Shown here piece after piece: positions 45,548-55,276 of a stretch of DNA of 64,000 nt. The notes under the pieces were generated by a model. The model had not been told where the DNA came from. It was given only the letters and a program-made list of their open reading frames with translations, and did no database searches. The DNA comes from a virus. Taxonomy: Duplodnaviria; Caudoviricetes. The position numbers were made by a program, and so were the translations under genes. The stretch is taken from positions 1 through 64,000 of the IMG/VR virus record IMGVR_UViG_3300037851_000360. One strand, given 5' to 3'. The first letter of the stretch is position 1; each line of letters starts with the position of its first letter.

Positions 45548-47926
45548 ATGATAGCGGTAAACCTCATCCTCATAACAGGATCGTTGGCGGGCACATCCTC
45601 CCTCGGTCCGGCACATAAAGACCAATTCTACTATGCGACCGATTATCGGGGTGGAACGCTGTACTACAGCAATGGAGTCATTCCTCCTATACAAATCGGC
45701 TCGTCGCTCACAGCATCATACGCCACGTATTCGATTCAGTCGAGCCAATCACTTTCCTCCGTCAGTGCGGTCAGTTCAAGTTATGCAGTTACCGCTGTCA
45801 CCTCAAACTACGCACTGACGGCAGGAACCTCTTTATCCGCATCTTTTGCTGCACAAGCAAGGTCTGCGTCATATGCTCTCACGGCAAGTTACCTAACCGG
45901 AGTCACATCCGGTACAGCAAGTTTTGCCGTGACCGCATCATACGCACTTACGGCAAGTTACCTAAATGGATTCAATGGGGGAACGGCATCTTGGGCGATT
46001 TCGGCATCAAGAGCAATTTCTTCAGAAACGGCAGACTCGACGCCATTTGCATTGACAGCATCGTATGCCCTGAATGCGGGAACTGTTCCAACCGCTTCAT
46101 TCGTTGTGACCGCCTCGGGCGCTCTATCCAATCTCACAGCATCTTACGCACTAACCGCCAGTTACATTTCCGGATTCAGTGTTACTGCATCTTGGGCGGT
46201 TTCGGCATCGCGAGCCGTTTCGGCAGAAACCTCCGTTTCTTCAAGCACATCAATCAGTTCAAGTTATGCTTTAACCGCATCGTTTGCTCTTAATGCCGCT
46301 TCTGTTCCAACGGGGTCATTCGTCGTCACTGCATCTGGTGCACTATCAAATTCAACGGCATCATATGCTCTCACAGCAAGTTATATGAAGAACCAAGGAA
46401 CTTCCAGTGGATACATCATTGGAAATGCCATGGATGGTTTTTATGGTCCGGGATCAACGGGTTCAGTTGCCAACATCCAAGAAGGAGACCGTGTGGAAGA
46501 CGCATTAAACAAAATCGATGACATTCTGTTCAAGTTGGCACCAGCGCGACCACCAAATCTGAGTACAAAGTCTCTCACGTTGGGCGGAATTTACACTGCA
46601 AATCTCGCAGGTACCAATACAGCAATTACGACAGTAACTACCGATACAACTCCTCTATTCACTCTATCCGGAGGAATGACTTCTTCCAATGCGTTTGGAG
46701 ACGGCGATGCAGGAGAACTTTCAGCATCACTCAATGGAACGACAATCGGTTCCCGTCTGCTATCGGCAGCAGATGATTCGGGATCATACGGAGATTTGGG
46801 AATCACACTCGACATTGACTATTACCTTGGTCAAGCCGGTAAAGCCGGATTCTGGAAGGCACTGCTTGCACAGGTCAATGTTTCTTCCCCGATTGCCACG
46901 GTTGGTCCTCACAGCGCATCTCTAAAGCACACGACGACGGGTCAAACTCCGGATTACATCTTCTACATCGACACTCCGGTTACACCAACAGCCGTCACGG
47001 GAAGTGTTGTTGCGTCTGGTGTGACCTATATCTCGGGCGTTCCGGCTTTGGTTGGTGGAGTAAGTGCCTCGGCAATTTTACTATCAGCAACCGCATCCAA
47101 TACGGTTGGTCGTTTCTACAACACCACGAGAATATTTCAAGGTTCTGGAACGGGTGTCACCGCTGCAAACTTTACCCTGCCATCCTCACCGGCATCAGGT
47201 TCGATTCAATCGGGTTCAAGATCATACACCGTCAACGCTTCCAGCACTACGGAAAATGCATCTTACACGGTGACGGCTTACAACTCGTTTGGAACGACCG
47301 CCACGAACACAATCACCAACACACGAATCCGTATGGATTCCACAGTCGATCCTTCGACTCGTGTAAGGTCTGGTCAAGGTCATTACCCAACATCCGGTTC
47401 ACTCGCTTCCCAATACGCTGGAGCATTTGATTCTACAACATCCCTCTCGGGTTCCGGAAGCGAAGAACTTCAAATGCTGAATGGTCAGTTCCAATACCCA
47501 ACCGGAAACTACACAGGTTCCGTTCCGGTGGCAGGACCGAACTATTCATCGGTTCCAACGGGATCGTTCAATAACTTCCGCTGGGTGACATTCAACATGG
47601 GTTCGATTGTCAACAAGGCAAACATTCAAGTCAATTTCTCCAATACTACAGGATTCACAACTGTCGTTCTAACCAACTTCCAACTCGGAGTTCGTGTAGA
47701 AGGATCAACCCCGACCGCTGGTTGGGTTGATGGCAACGTGGCATTTCCGGGTGTTGGCGATCCTACAAACAACGGTGATGCCGCACTTGTTATTGCAAGT
47801 TCGACGGCAACATCAAAATTGGTTACGTTTGGAACGGCTGTAAAAACTGGAACGGTATTTGTTCGTGTTGGAATACCTCTCGGTGACACTAAGAAGTTCG
47901 GCGGAATCACGATAACAGCGACCTAA
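45548..47926 (+). CDS. Virion structural protein with N-terminal TASYA repeats
   Basis: 792 aa, Ser/Thr/Gly-rich; repeat region, then EGDRVEDALNKIDDIL and a beta-rich body. Confidence 0.7.
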   Translation: MIAVNLILITGSLAGTSSLGPAHKDQFYYATDYRGGTLYYSNGVIPPIQIGSSLTASYATYSIQSSQSLSSVSAVSSSYAVTAVTSNYALTAGTSLSASFAAQARSASYALTASYLTGVTSGTASFAVTASYALTASYLNGFNGGTASWAISASRAISSETADSTPFALTASYALNAGTVPTASFVVTASGALSNLTASYALTASYISGFSVTASWAVSASRAVSAETSVSSSTSISSSYALTASFALNAASVPTGSFVVTASGALSNSTASYALTASYMKNQGTSSGYIIGNAMDGFYGPGSTGSVANIQEGDRVEDALNKIDDILFKLAPARPPNLSTKSLTLGGIYTANLAGTNTAITTVTTDTTPLFTLSGGMTSSNAFGDGDAGELSASLNGTTIGSRLLSAADDSGSYGDLGITLDIDYYLGQAGKAGFWKALLAQVNVSSPIATVGPHSASLKHTTTGQTPDYIFYIDTPVTPTAVTGSVVASGVTYISGVPALVGGVSASAILLSATASNTVGRFYNTTRIFQGSGTGVTAANFTLPSSPASGSIQSGSRSYTVNASSTTENASYTVTAYNSFGTTATNTITNTRIRMDSTVDPSTRVRSGQGHYPTSGSLASQYAGAFDSTTSLSGSGSEELQMLNGQFQYPTGNYTGSVPVAGPNYSSVPTGSFNNFRWVTFNMGSIVNKANIQVNFSNTTGFTTVVLTNFQLGVRVEGSTPTAGWVDGNVAFPGVGDPTNNGDAALVIASSTATSKLVTFGTAVKTGTVFVRVGIPLGDTKKFGGITITAT

Positions 47927-47927
47927 G

Positions 47928-48935
47928 ATGCCTAATACCAACCAACAAGCCGACCTACTCTTCAAGAAGTCCCTCGGAAAAGGTTCTTCGGGAACATCAT
48001 CGTTTTATTTCAACGAACCAATCAACGGAAGAATTGCAGTTTTCCCCACGCAGATTTGGCAAGACCAAGGGCTCATTCCAGTCACAGCATCGTATTTGAA
48101 TGGAATCGTTGAGCAAGTATTGACTCAATCTCTGATTCAAGTTCCCGGTCAACCCGCCGCCTATTACCACCCCAATCTAAGAGATGCCATCCCGTTCAAC
48201 TACGACCCTTCCGGATCGTATGTTCCACAGGTGATGAAGAATGACCTGACACCAATTGCATTCGGTGAAAATGATTGGGTTATCGACATTGATACGGGAA
48301 TGCTCACTTTCTATAGTGGCGTTCCAACCGGTGTGACCGATCTTCTTCCTCCAAAGGTAACCTTCTGGAAGTACATTGGTTCAAAAGGAATCCCAACAGG
48401 ATCGGTTACGGCATCATACGCATTGACTGCCAGTTATGTTGAAGGAGTCAACGCAGCAACCGCAAGTTGGGCGATCACCGCATCGTATGCACTTTATGCA
48501 GAAACGGCGTCGGTTGCAACTTCGGCTTCTTATTCCGTCTCGGCATCCTACGCAACTTTTGCAAGAACTTCGGTTTCCTCAAGTTACTCCGAAACCGCCT
48601 CGTATGCGTTTACGGCGTCTTATGTTCAACAGGCTCAATCGGCACTGTCGGCAACATCGGCTTCATATGCAGCCAGCGCGAGTTATGCCCAATCGTCACT
48701 TTCTTCAAGTTATGCGGTAAGCGCATCCTACGCAGTAAGCGCATCGTATTCGGTCTCGGCATCATACGCCGCCACATCATCCGTTGCTCTTTTTGCATTG
48801 AGCATTGAAGTTGCCACACCTCCTACATCACCATCAGACCCCGGAATTCAGGGTCAATTTTCGATAGACGATGACTATTTCTATATCTTCTGGAATGGGG
48901 TTTGGAGTCGCCAAACAAGAAACACGGTATGGTAA
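47928..48935 (+). CDS. Virion structural protein with C-terminal TASYA repeats
   Basis: C-terminal motif GQFSIDDDYFYIF...WSR shared with 42814..45027. Confidence 0.7.
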   Translation: MPNTNQQADLLFKKSLGKGSSGTSSFYFNEPINGRIAVFPTQIWQDQGLIPVTASYLNGIVEQVLTQSLIQVPGQPAAYYHPNLRDAIPFNYDPSGSYVPQVMKNDLTPIAFGENDWVIDIDTGMLTFYSGVPTGVTDLLPPKVTFWKYIGSKGIPTGSVTASYALTASYVEGVNAATASWAITASYALYAETASVATSASYSVSASYATFARTSVSSSYSETASYAFTASYVQQAQSALSATSASYAASASYAQSSLSSSYAVSASYAVSASYSVSASYAATSSVALFALSIEVATPPTSPSDPGIQGQFSIDDDYFYIFWNGVWSRQTRNTVW

Positions 48936-48954
48936 GTTTTTACCCGCCAATCCC

Positions 48955-48963
48955 ATATTTATA
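48955..48963 (+). promoter_or_regulatory. Putative late promoter motif ATATTTATA
   Basis: 4 nt from the ATG of the giant gene. Confidence 0.6.
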
Positions 48964-48967
48964 GAAG

Positions 48968-51900
48968 ATGAACGAGTTGACGAAACATTTGGTTGAGGGA
49001 GTGATTAACGAAATCGCAATGGCACCTATCCCGGTGTTCATATATTCCGGTCATTTTCAACCACCGCATTTGGGAAACAAGTGGGTCTGGGACTGGCTCG
49101 CAAAGACAAGAGGAGCGGACAAATGCTTCATTGCGACTCCAAGTGATGCTTCACCACTGACCTTTGCCGAAAAGAAATCGGTATTCGCAGCGATGGGAAT
49201 GGATTCATCAAAGGTCAACCAATCCATCGGTTTGTTTAGAGCGCCATCCATCACTGAAAAGTTCGACGTGAACAAGTATGCATTCGTTTATGTTGTGAAT
49301 GAAGTTGATGCCGGAAACGTTCCCCCTCGCTTCAAGCCATACAAAGATAAGATGGTGATCACACCACACATCCTTGGCGAATCATACTACATGGTCGTTC
49401 CGAAGGAAGCATTCACCGTTGGAGGAATCACAATTGACGACGAAAAGGTTATCAAGTTCCTCGGCTCACCAAAGATGGATTACAAAACCTCAATGGAGGC
49501 ATTCCACAAGTTCTTCGGATTCTTCGATGAGCACATGTTCAATGTTCTCGTGAAGAAGTTTGAGAAAACCGTTAAGGAAGACATTACCCCAATAGTTCAG
49601 ACAACGGAGCAATCGTCAAGCCTTTCACCTCAATTCAAGGCACCGACACTAAGCGTTTCTGAGAGAGCCTCTCTTGCTGAAAGAATGGGAGTCGAACAAT
49701 CGTGGGTAGATGAACTTTTGACAGAAGACCCCGATGGCGTTGATGATGGAGATGAGGTGCATCCTTGGGATAGCCGTCAGGCATACCCATTCTTTTTGAT
49801 TGACGACTTTTTGTTGGTCGGAAGACCAGCATCCACACACAGAAGTTTGATCAAGGCTCTGAACTTCACTCCAGACGACCTCCACCGATTCACTCGACCG
49901 AATAATACCGACTCAGCGTTTTACGTTGAAAAGTTGAAAAGCATTCTTCAAAACAATTTGGATTATCTTGAGATGGATGATCCCGACGATGAGTTTAACG
50001 GGGCGTATGAACGAGACGAAGCATCAATGAAATTCGTTGCCGGAAGATTGTGGAAAAACGAACAGATAATATCGTTTTGGTCTCCAAAATCCCTCGTGGT
50101 GAAAAATTGGGAAACTCTGAAAAAAGCAGTGTCAAAATTTCATTCGTTTGGCAACCTCGACGACTATAGAATTGACTGGATTGAAAGAGATTCAAGCGAG
50201 CCTATGACCGATGGTTCGTCAATATCATCAACTTCATCCAATACGAAAGACGACTTGTCTCCAGAAGAATACAAGAAGTTGCTATCAAAGCAGCATCTTG
50301 ACCCAAACGCCAAGAAAGTATTGGCAAAGATGGCAGAACATCCAAACAAAGCCGCTGAAATCGCCGATAAACTTGGTATGTCTGTGGCAGAACTCAATCA
50401 CTTGATTGGTGTTGTGGCAGAAGGAGCGACGGCACAAATCTTGAAAGAAGACCCGGATGAAGTTGTCGATGAAGATGGAACGGCAATCGCATATTTGGAG
50501 GAGAATGACACAAGAGCATTCTTCTTCTTTGACGACGTTGCCATTTTCTCCATTCCCGGTGGTCGCCACGAGGAACTATTCAACACCATCAAAAGAGTTG
50601 CCGAAGTCGGGCGGTTCGACCGTGTTGACCTTGAAAGAATGGTCATTGCTGATGGAAAGCCAAACAAAGCAGACTTGGTTCGAGTAGTTCGTGCATTCAC
50701 AAAATACAAGAGTCAGATTTTCAGTGGTTCTGGAAGAAACATTGCCGGTGTTCTGGTTGGTAGAGTGTGGACAGAAAAGAAACTCATGTCGTTCTGGACA
50801 CTGAAGAGGGTTGCCATCAAGAGTTGGGATAACGTCGAGAAGATTTTCCAACAGTTTCCAAACCTTCTAGGAAACCGTCATGAATACAGAATCGACTGGC
50901 TCGAACGTGCATACAAGAAGCCGATTCCTCCATTGACAAGATTTGACAATGCACGTGATGGAGCACCAGAGGAGAAGATCACCCCCGAGAAGTTGAAAGA
51001 CCTTCTATCCAAGCAACACCTTGACCCAAAGGCAAAGGAAATCTTAAAGAAGGTTCAGGGTCTTCCTCCCAACAAGGCAGCACACCTCGCCACATTGCTT
51101 GGATTCAACAGCCCGGCAGAAATGTTCTATCACCACGGGCACGACGGAAGCGGTGGAACTCAAAAGATAAATGAAGACCCCGGAGAGGTTTACGAGAAGA
51201 ACAAAGAGATTCTCAACTACACCGCCGAGGATGCAGTTATTTTCATCACACTTGAAGACGGAACGATCTTTGGCGGAAACGGAATGCTTCACGAAGAACT
51301 TTATCACAGCATTCTCAGTTACATTTTCAAGCGAGAATGGAAGTATGTGGAAAATGATGGATATTTCTCCGATCAAAAGAAAGTGGAACGTTATCTAATC
51401 ATCAAAGGAAAATACCTCGCAGATCATGACAAGATTCAAGATGATGGTCGATCACCATATAAGGGTTTGGCGGGAAGAATTTGGACAGACAAGAGAGTAA
51501 TTTCATTCTGGCAAACTCCGGAAGAAACTCGTCCACACTGGAAGAAGATTGAAGAAGCGTTTGCTCGCGATCCTCAACCCTGCCGCCAAAAGGATGGTTC
51601 GACAAAGAACAGCCAACCACTTCACCTAGGAAAACTTGAAGAATACCGTCTCGACTTCGTTGATAGTGGCGGAAATGCTGACGGATTGATTCCAGTTCAA
51701 AGTTTCCTATCAGGTGAGATGAAAAAGAGCCGCCTATCCCCCGAGGAATACAAAGAACTTCTCGCAAAACAGCACCTTGATCCAGAGGCAAAGAAAAAAC
51801 TTGCCGCCGATCTTGAAGGTGGTCCTTATAACAAGGCTGCTGAATTGGCAAAGAAACTTGGCTACGACTCTGTTGCTCAGATGAACGCTGACATTCACAC

Positions 51901-54900
51901 AAATCTCGACGAGAAGAAACTCACGGAGAGCCCCGATGTTGTACGCGACGTTGCACGTGAAGATGATGCTGAGATGCCAAGAGATTTGGCTACATACGGA
52001 GATGCTGACGCCACCACGTTTGTTGCATTTGAAAACTTCGACATCACCACGGGAATGTATCACTATCACATTTTCAAGGCACTCCAAGAATTTGACAGAA
52101 TGGGAAATTGGAAATACGCCGATGGAAACTACATGGATTTTGATAAAGAGGCTGCTGCGGAATACATTCGCAGCGATCTTCCAGAAGAATTTGACGGGTC
52201 TGATGTGAATGAGGGTCGAGAATTCCCACACGCTCTTGCGGGGCGTCTCTGGACCAATAAGAAAATCATATCATTCTGGCATCATCAATCCGAAGTTCAA
52301 CACTACTGGAATAATGTGGTGGAAATGTTCCAGAGACACACCGAGTTTGGTTCGTTGGATGATTACCAGATCGATTGGTTGGAACGGTCGGAGGATTTGA
52401 CTCTTCCGCTAACCAAGGCAAGTACGTCAGCCAAGCCGAACATAGAAAAGAAAACTAACTCTTCTGTGGATAAATTGGATGCCGTCAAGAAGGCTATGCA
52501 CGTTATGGACCCGGGTGCGAAGGGTCAACTCATGAAAATGCTCCAAGGTGCAAGCCCAAACAAAAAGCAAGAGATTGCCGACAAACTTGGAATTTCCGTG
52601 GCACAACTCAATGCTATGGATCGCATGGATGAAGCAGTCAATTCTCCAGACAAGCCGGTAATCGCAATTTACTCGGGAAGATTCCAACCATTCCACATCA
52701 ACCACTACAAGGCATATCAGGAAATGGTCAAGGAGTTCGGTAAGGATAACGTATTCATCGTCACCAGCGATAAGACGGAACCCGGCACCAGCCCATTCGA
52801 TTTCAAGCAGAAGTCGCAAATCATGACTCGTGTGTTCGGTATTCCACAGAGACAAATTGTGGAAGCACTTCACATGAATGGCGACAAGCCAAACCGTGGT
52901 CCATACTTCACCATCGACAAGACGGCAGGAAAGTTGAGCGATTGGATGAAGGAAATCGCGAAGCGTATGGGAATGAACCCCGACAATCCACCCCCATTCG
53001 GTCTCGTCATCGGATTTGGTGGCAAGGATGAAGCCAGAAGCAGAATCGCCAAATCTGAATACTCTCCCGGAAAGCCCGTTCCAAATTTCATGCCCGAAGG
53101 AAACGTCATGTCGTTTACCATTCCAATGCAGGATGTGAATTTCAAGGGACACGTCATCAATGGAACCATGGTTCGAGAAATCATCACGAAGCATCCCGAG
53201 ATGGCTGATATGCTATTCAAGATTCTCTATCCACAGGGAATCGATCCACAGACAAAGGCTATGATCGTTTCCACGATCCAGTCGTCAATTGCACCAGAGC
53301 CAAAGGTAAAGAAGAAAAAACTTGAAGAAGGAGTTCAGTTCGGATTCATTAAGCACATCGAAGACATGTCTCCAGAAGAACTCTTGAATTTTTTCAAGTT
53401 GTGGAATGCGGATCAAACGAAATTTGAGACGTTCGAGAAGGTAGACGGAAACTTCTATCGATTTGGATTGAGCGTTGGAAAGTTCTACGTCAAAGATTCC
53501 AAGCAGGCTTATAACAAACCCGAAGAATATCCAGAGCCATACTTCTACGATGACTTCCGTCGATTCCATGCGGAATTGCAAAAGATCGATTGGTCTCTCA
53601 TCTTGAAAGAAGTTGGAGCATACGACAATCTGAACTTCGAAGCCGACAGTGAAGCCGTTCCACACGCTCACCACAATCAGGTTGAGTACAATGGAAAGAT
53701 CATCGGTGAAGGAATCGTTGTCATCTTTGGATTGACAATGGATGGATCGAAGACCGACTACAACACTATTGTCAAGTTCTGCAAGAAGGCAAACGAGCAC
53801 AGCCCAAAGATCAAATTCCACGCTGTTCCAAAGGTTGACCTTTCCAAGATCAAGTTCGACACATCCACGGTCGAGACTCTGGAATCTCTCATCACCAAGC
53901 ACGGAAACTTCCTCAAGAAGCCTGCTAGAAAGCCAGAAGACAAAGCCCTCAAGCAAAAGATTCTCGGTTTGATCCATGACATTGCTGTTAAGGCAAAGAA
54001 TCGCGTGTTTTCCACAAACATCAAGTCGGCATTCGGTCAAGACTATGAAGGAATGGTCGTTCACCTTCCCGGTGGAGGTATGGTCAAGTTCGTTGACAAA
54101 GACAAGTTCACAAAGTCGAAGGATGAAAGTTGGAAGGTCATCTCCGACATGGATTCCGTTCTCAAGCCAATTCGCGACGATATGAAGAAAGGTGTCGCTG
54201 ACGGGATGATGCAGAGATTGCAATCCGCCAAGACACAAATCACCACAATCTACAACGCCTTCAAGAAGAATCCCGAATCGGTAAAGAGCGAAAAGAAGCG
54301 TGAGGATACTCACAAGCACTATGACCTTCTCATGAAACAGATTGACAAGGCATTGGCTTCTCTTCAGCAGGGTCAACCTGTAACCCAACTGCGCGAAAGC
54401 GGAAAGGCAGTCGGTGAGGTCAACCCAATCCCAAGAAGTTACCTTGAAAAAACCGTTGAGCACGCTCTCAACATTTGGGGATTCAAGGGAACCCCATACG
54501 AACTTCTTGGAAACATCAACAAGGATATCCTCGGAGATATTGACGTTGGAATCGATTACCCACATGTAGAAAAAGTCGTAGGTGCTGCGCCCGACTCTCC
54601 CGATTTCTGGCAGAAGGTTGAAGAATACTTCAGCAAGCAGTCGAGTAAGGTTCAAGGTCGCGAACCGAAATACAAGATCATGAAGGGTCTCGAAATCGTT
54701 TCCGTTCTTTCCTTTGCCGTTGATGAAACTGGCAAGGTTCATCCCGAACTACCAGTTCAGGTTGACATTGCATTCGGCGACATGAAATTCATGAAAGCCG
54801 GTCGCAGCGGAGCACCAAAGGATAGCAAATACAAGGCTCTCCACAGAAACATTCTCCTTGCTGATATCCTCTCGACTATCTACCACGAGCAGGTAGACGA

Positions 54901-55204
54901 CAAGACCCGTCGCCGTTATCAAATCAATATTTCCAAAGGCGTGCAGACTGCGGATTTGATTAAAGGACCAAGAGGCGGCGAAAAGAAAGCCAATGTCAAG
55001 ACCATCATCAACGACCCCGACAAGATGGCAGAACTTCTTTTCGGCCCGGGAATGAAGTGGGAAGACATGAACAGTTTCGAGAAGTTATACAAACTCCTCG
55101 TCGGTCCAAAATTCCGCTACAAAGACAAAGTTAAAGAAATCGTCGATAAGTTCAAAGACTCCATGAAACGTATGGAGCGTGATGTTCCTTCGGAACTTGC
55201 GTAA
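48968..55204 (+). CDS. Giant multidomain protein (2078 aa): HxGH-type nucleotidyltransferase, 4 x unknown repeat domain, second HxGH domain, KxDG ligase-like domain, Pol-beta-like NTase
   Basis: YSGHFQPPHLGN; YSGRFQPFHINH; IKHIED...FEKVDG; LGNINKDILGDIDVGID...VQVDIAF. Confidence 0.8.
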   Translation: MNELTKHLVEGVINEIAMAPIPVFIYSGHFQPPHLGNKWVWDWLAKTRGADKCFIATPSDASPLTFAEKKSVFAAMGMDSSKVNQSIGLFRAPSITEKFDVNKYAFVYVVNEVDAGNVPPRFKPYKDKMVITPHILGESYYMVVPKEAFTVGGITIDDEKVIKFLGSPKMDYKTSMEAFHKFFGFFDEHMFNVLVKKFEKTVKEDITPIVQTTEQSSSLSPQFKAPTLSVSERASLAERMGVEQSWVDELLTEDPDGVDDGDEVHPWDSRQAYPFFLIDDFLLVGRPASTHRSLIKALNFTPDDLHRFTRPNNTDSAFYVEKLKSILQNNLDYLEMDDPDDEFNGAYERDEASMKFVAGRLWKNEQIISFWSPKSLVVKNWETLKKAVSKFHSFGNLDDYRIDWIERDSSEPMTDGSSISSTSSNTKDDLSPEEYKKLLSKQHLDPNAKKVLAKMAEHPNKAAEIADKLGMSVAELNHLIGVVAEGATAQILKEDPDEVVDEDGTAIAYLEENDTRAFFFFDDVAIFSIPGGRHEELFNTIKRVAEVGRFDRVDLERMVIADGKPNKADLVRVVRAFTKYKSQIFSGSGRNIAGVLVGRVWTEKKLMSFWTLKRVAIKSWDNVEKIFQQFPNLLGNRHEYRIDWLERAYKKPIPPLTRFDNARDGAPEEKITPEKLKDLLSKQHLDPKAKEILKKVQGLPPNKAAHLATLLGFNSPAEMFYHHGHDGSGGTQKINEDPGEVYEKNKEILNYTAEDAVIFITLEDGTIFGGNGMLHEELYHSILSYIFKREWKYVENDGYFSDQKKVERYLIIKGKYLADHDKIQDDGRSPYKGLAGRIWTDKRVISFWQTPEETRPHWKKIEEAFARDPQPCRQKDGSTKNSQPLHLGKLEEYRLDFVDSGGNADGLIPVQSFLSGEMKKSRLSPEEYKELLAKQHLDPEAKKKLAADLEGGPYNKAAELAKKLGYDSVAQMNADIHTNLDEKKLTESPDVVRDVAREDDAEMPRDLATYGDADATTFVAFENFDITTGMYHYHIFKALQEFDRMGNWKYADGNYMDFDKEAAAEYIRSDLPEEFDGSDVNEGREFPHALAGRLWTNKKIISFWHHQSEVQHYWNNVVEMFQRHTEFGSLDDYQIDWLERSEDLTLPLTKASTSAKPNIEKKTNSSVDKLDAVKKAMHVMDPGAKGQLMKMLQGASPNKKQEIADKLGISVAQLNAMDRMDEAVNSPDKPVIAIYSGRFQPFHINHYKAYQEMVKEFGKDNVFIVTSDKTEPGTSPFDFKQKSQIMTRVFGIPQRQIVEALHMNGDKPNRGPYFTIDKTAGKLSDWMKEIAKRMGMNPDNPPPFGLVIGFGGKDEARSRIAKSEYSPGKPVPNFMPEGNVMSFTIPMQDVNFKGHVINGTMVREIITKHPEMADMLFKILYPQGIDPQTKAMIVSTIQSSIAPEPKVKKKKLEEGVQFGFIKHIEDMSPEELLNFFKLWNADQTKFETFEKVDGNFYRFGLSVGKFYVKDSKQAYNKPEEYPEPYFYDDFRRFHAELQKIDWSLILKEVGAYDNLNFEADSEAVPHAHHNQVEYNGKIIGEGIVVIFGLTMDGSKTDYNTIVKFCKKANEHSPKIKFHAVPKVDLSKIKFDTSTVETLESLITKHGNFLKKPARKPEDKALKQKILGLIHDIAVKAKNRVFSTNIKSAFGQDYEGMVVHLPGGGMVKFVDKDKFTKSKDESWKVISDMDSVLKPIRDDMKKGVADGMMQRLQSAKTQITTIYNAFKKNPESVKSEKKREDTHKHYDLLMKQIDKALASLQQGQPVTQLRESGKAVGEVNPIPRSYLEKTVEHALNIWGFKGTPYELLGNINKDILGDIDVGIDYPHVEKVVGAAPDSPDFWQKVEEYFSKQSSKVQGREPKYKIMKGLEIVSVLSFAVDETGKVHPELPVQVDIAFGDMKFMKAGRSGAPKDSKYKALHRNILLADILSTIYHEQVDDKTRRRYQINISKGVQTADLIKGPRGGEKKANVKTIINDPDKMAELLFGPGMKWEDMNSFEKLYKLLVGPKFRYKDKVKEIVDKFKDSMKRMERDVPSELA
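49727..52633 (+). repeat. Four tandem ~240-aa domain repeats within the giant protein
   Basis: Units start at aa 254, 495, 737 and 988; shared GR[LVI]W...SFW, G.L..Y.[IL]D[WF], H..DP.AK, NK..[EH].A..LG. Confidence 0.85.
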
Positions 55205-55276
55205 AATATATACGTTTGGAGAAAAATAAAGGGTCTTGGTCAACGAGACTCATACTTATCCATATATACAAACGTT

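Noticed and set aside
45535-45618. 27-codon upstream ORF (MTTKYDSG...) overlapping the start of 45548
   Set aside because: Its ATG is 1 nt after the promoter-like motif, so it is probably upstream of the transcript start, and nothing else supports it.
53285-54742. 485-aa antisense ORF and many other overlapping opposite-strand ORFs in the track
   Set aside because: They are shadows of well-supported genes, with no motifs or promoter context, and are explained by sense-strand codon bias.
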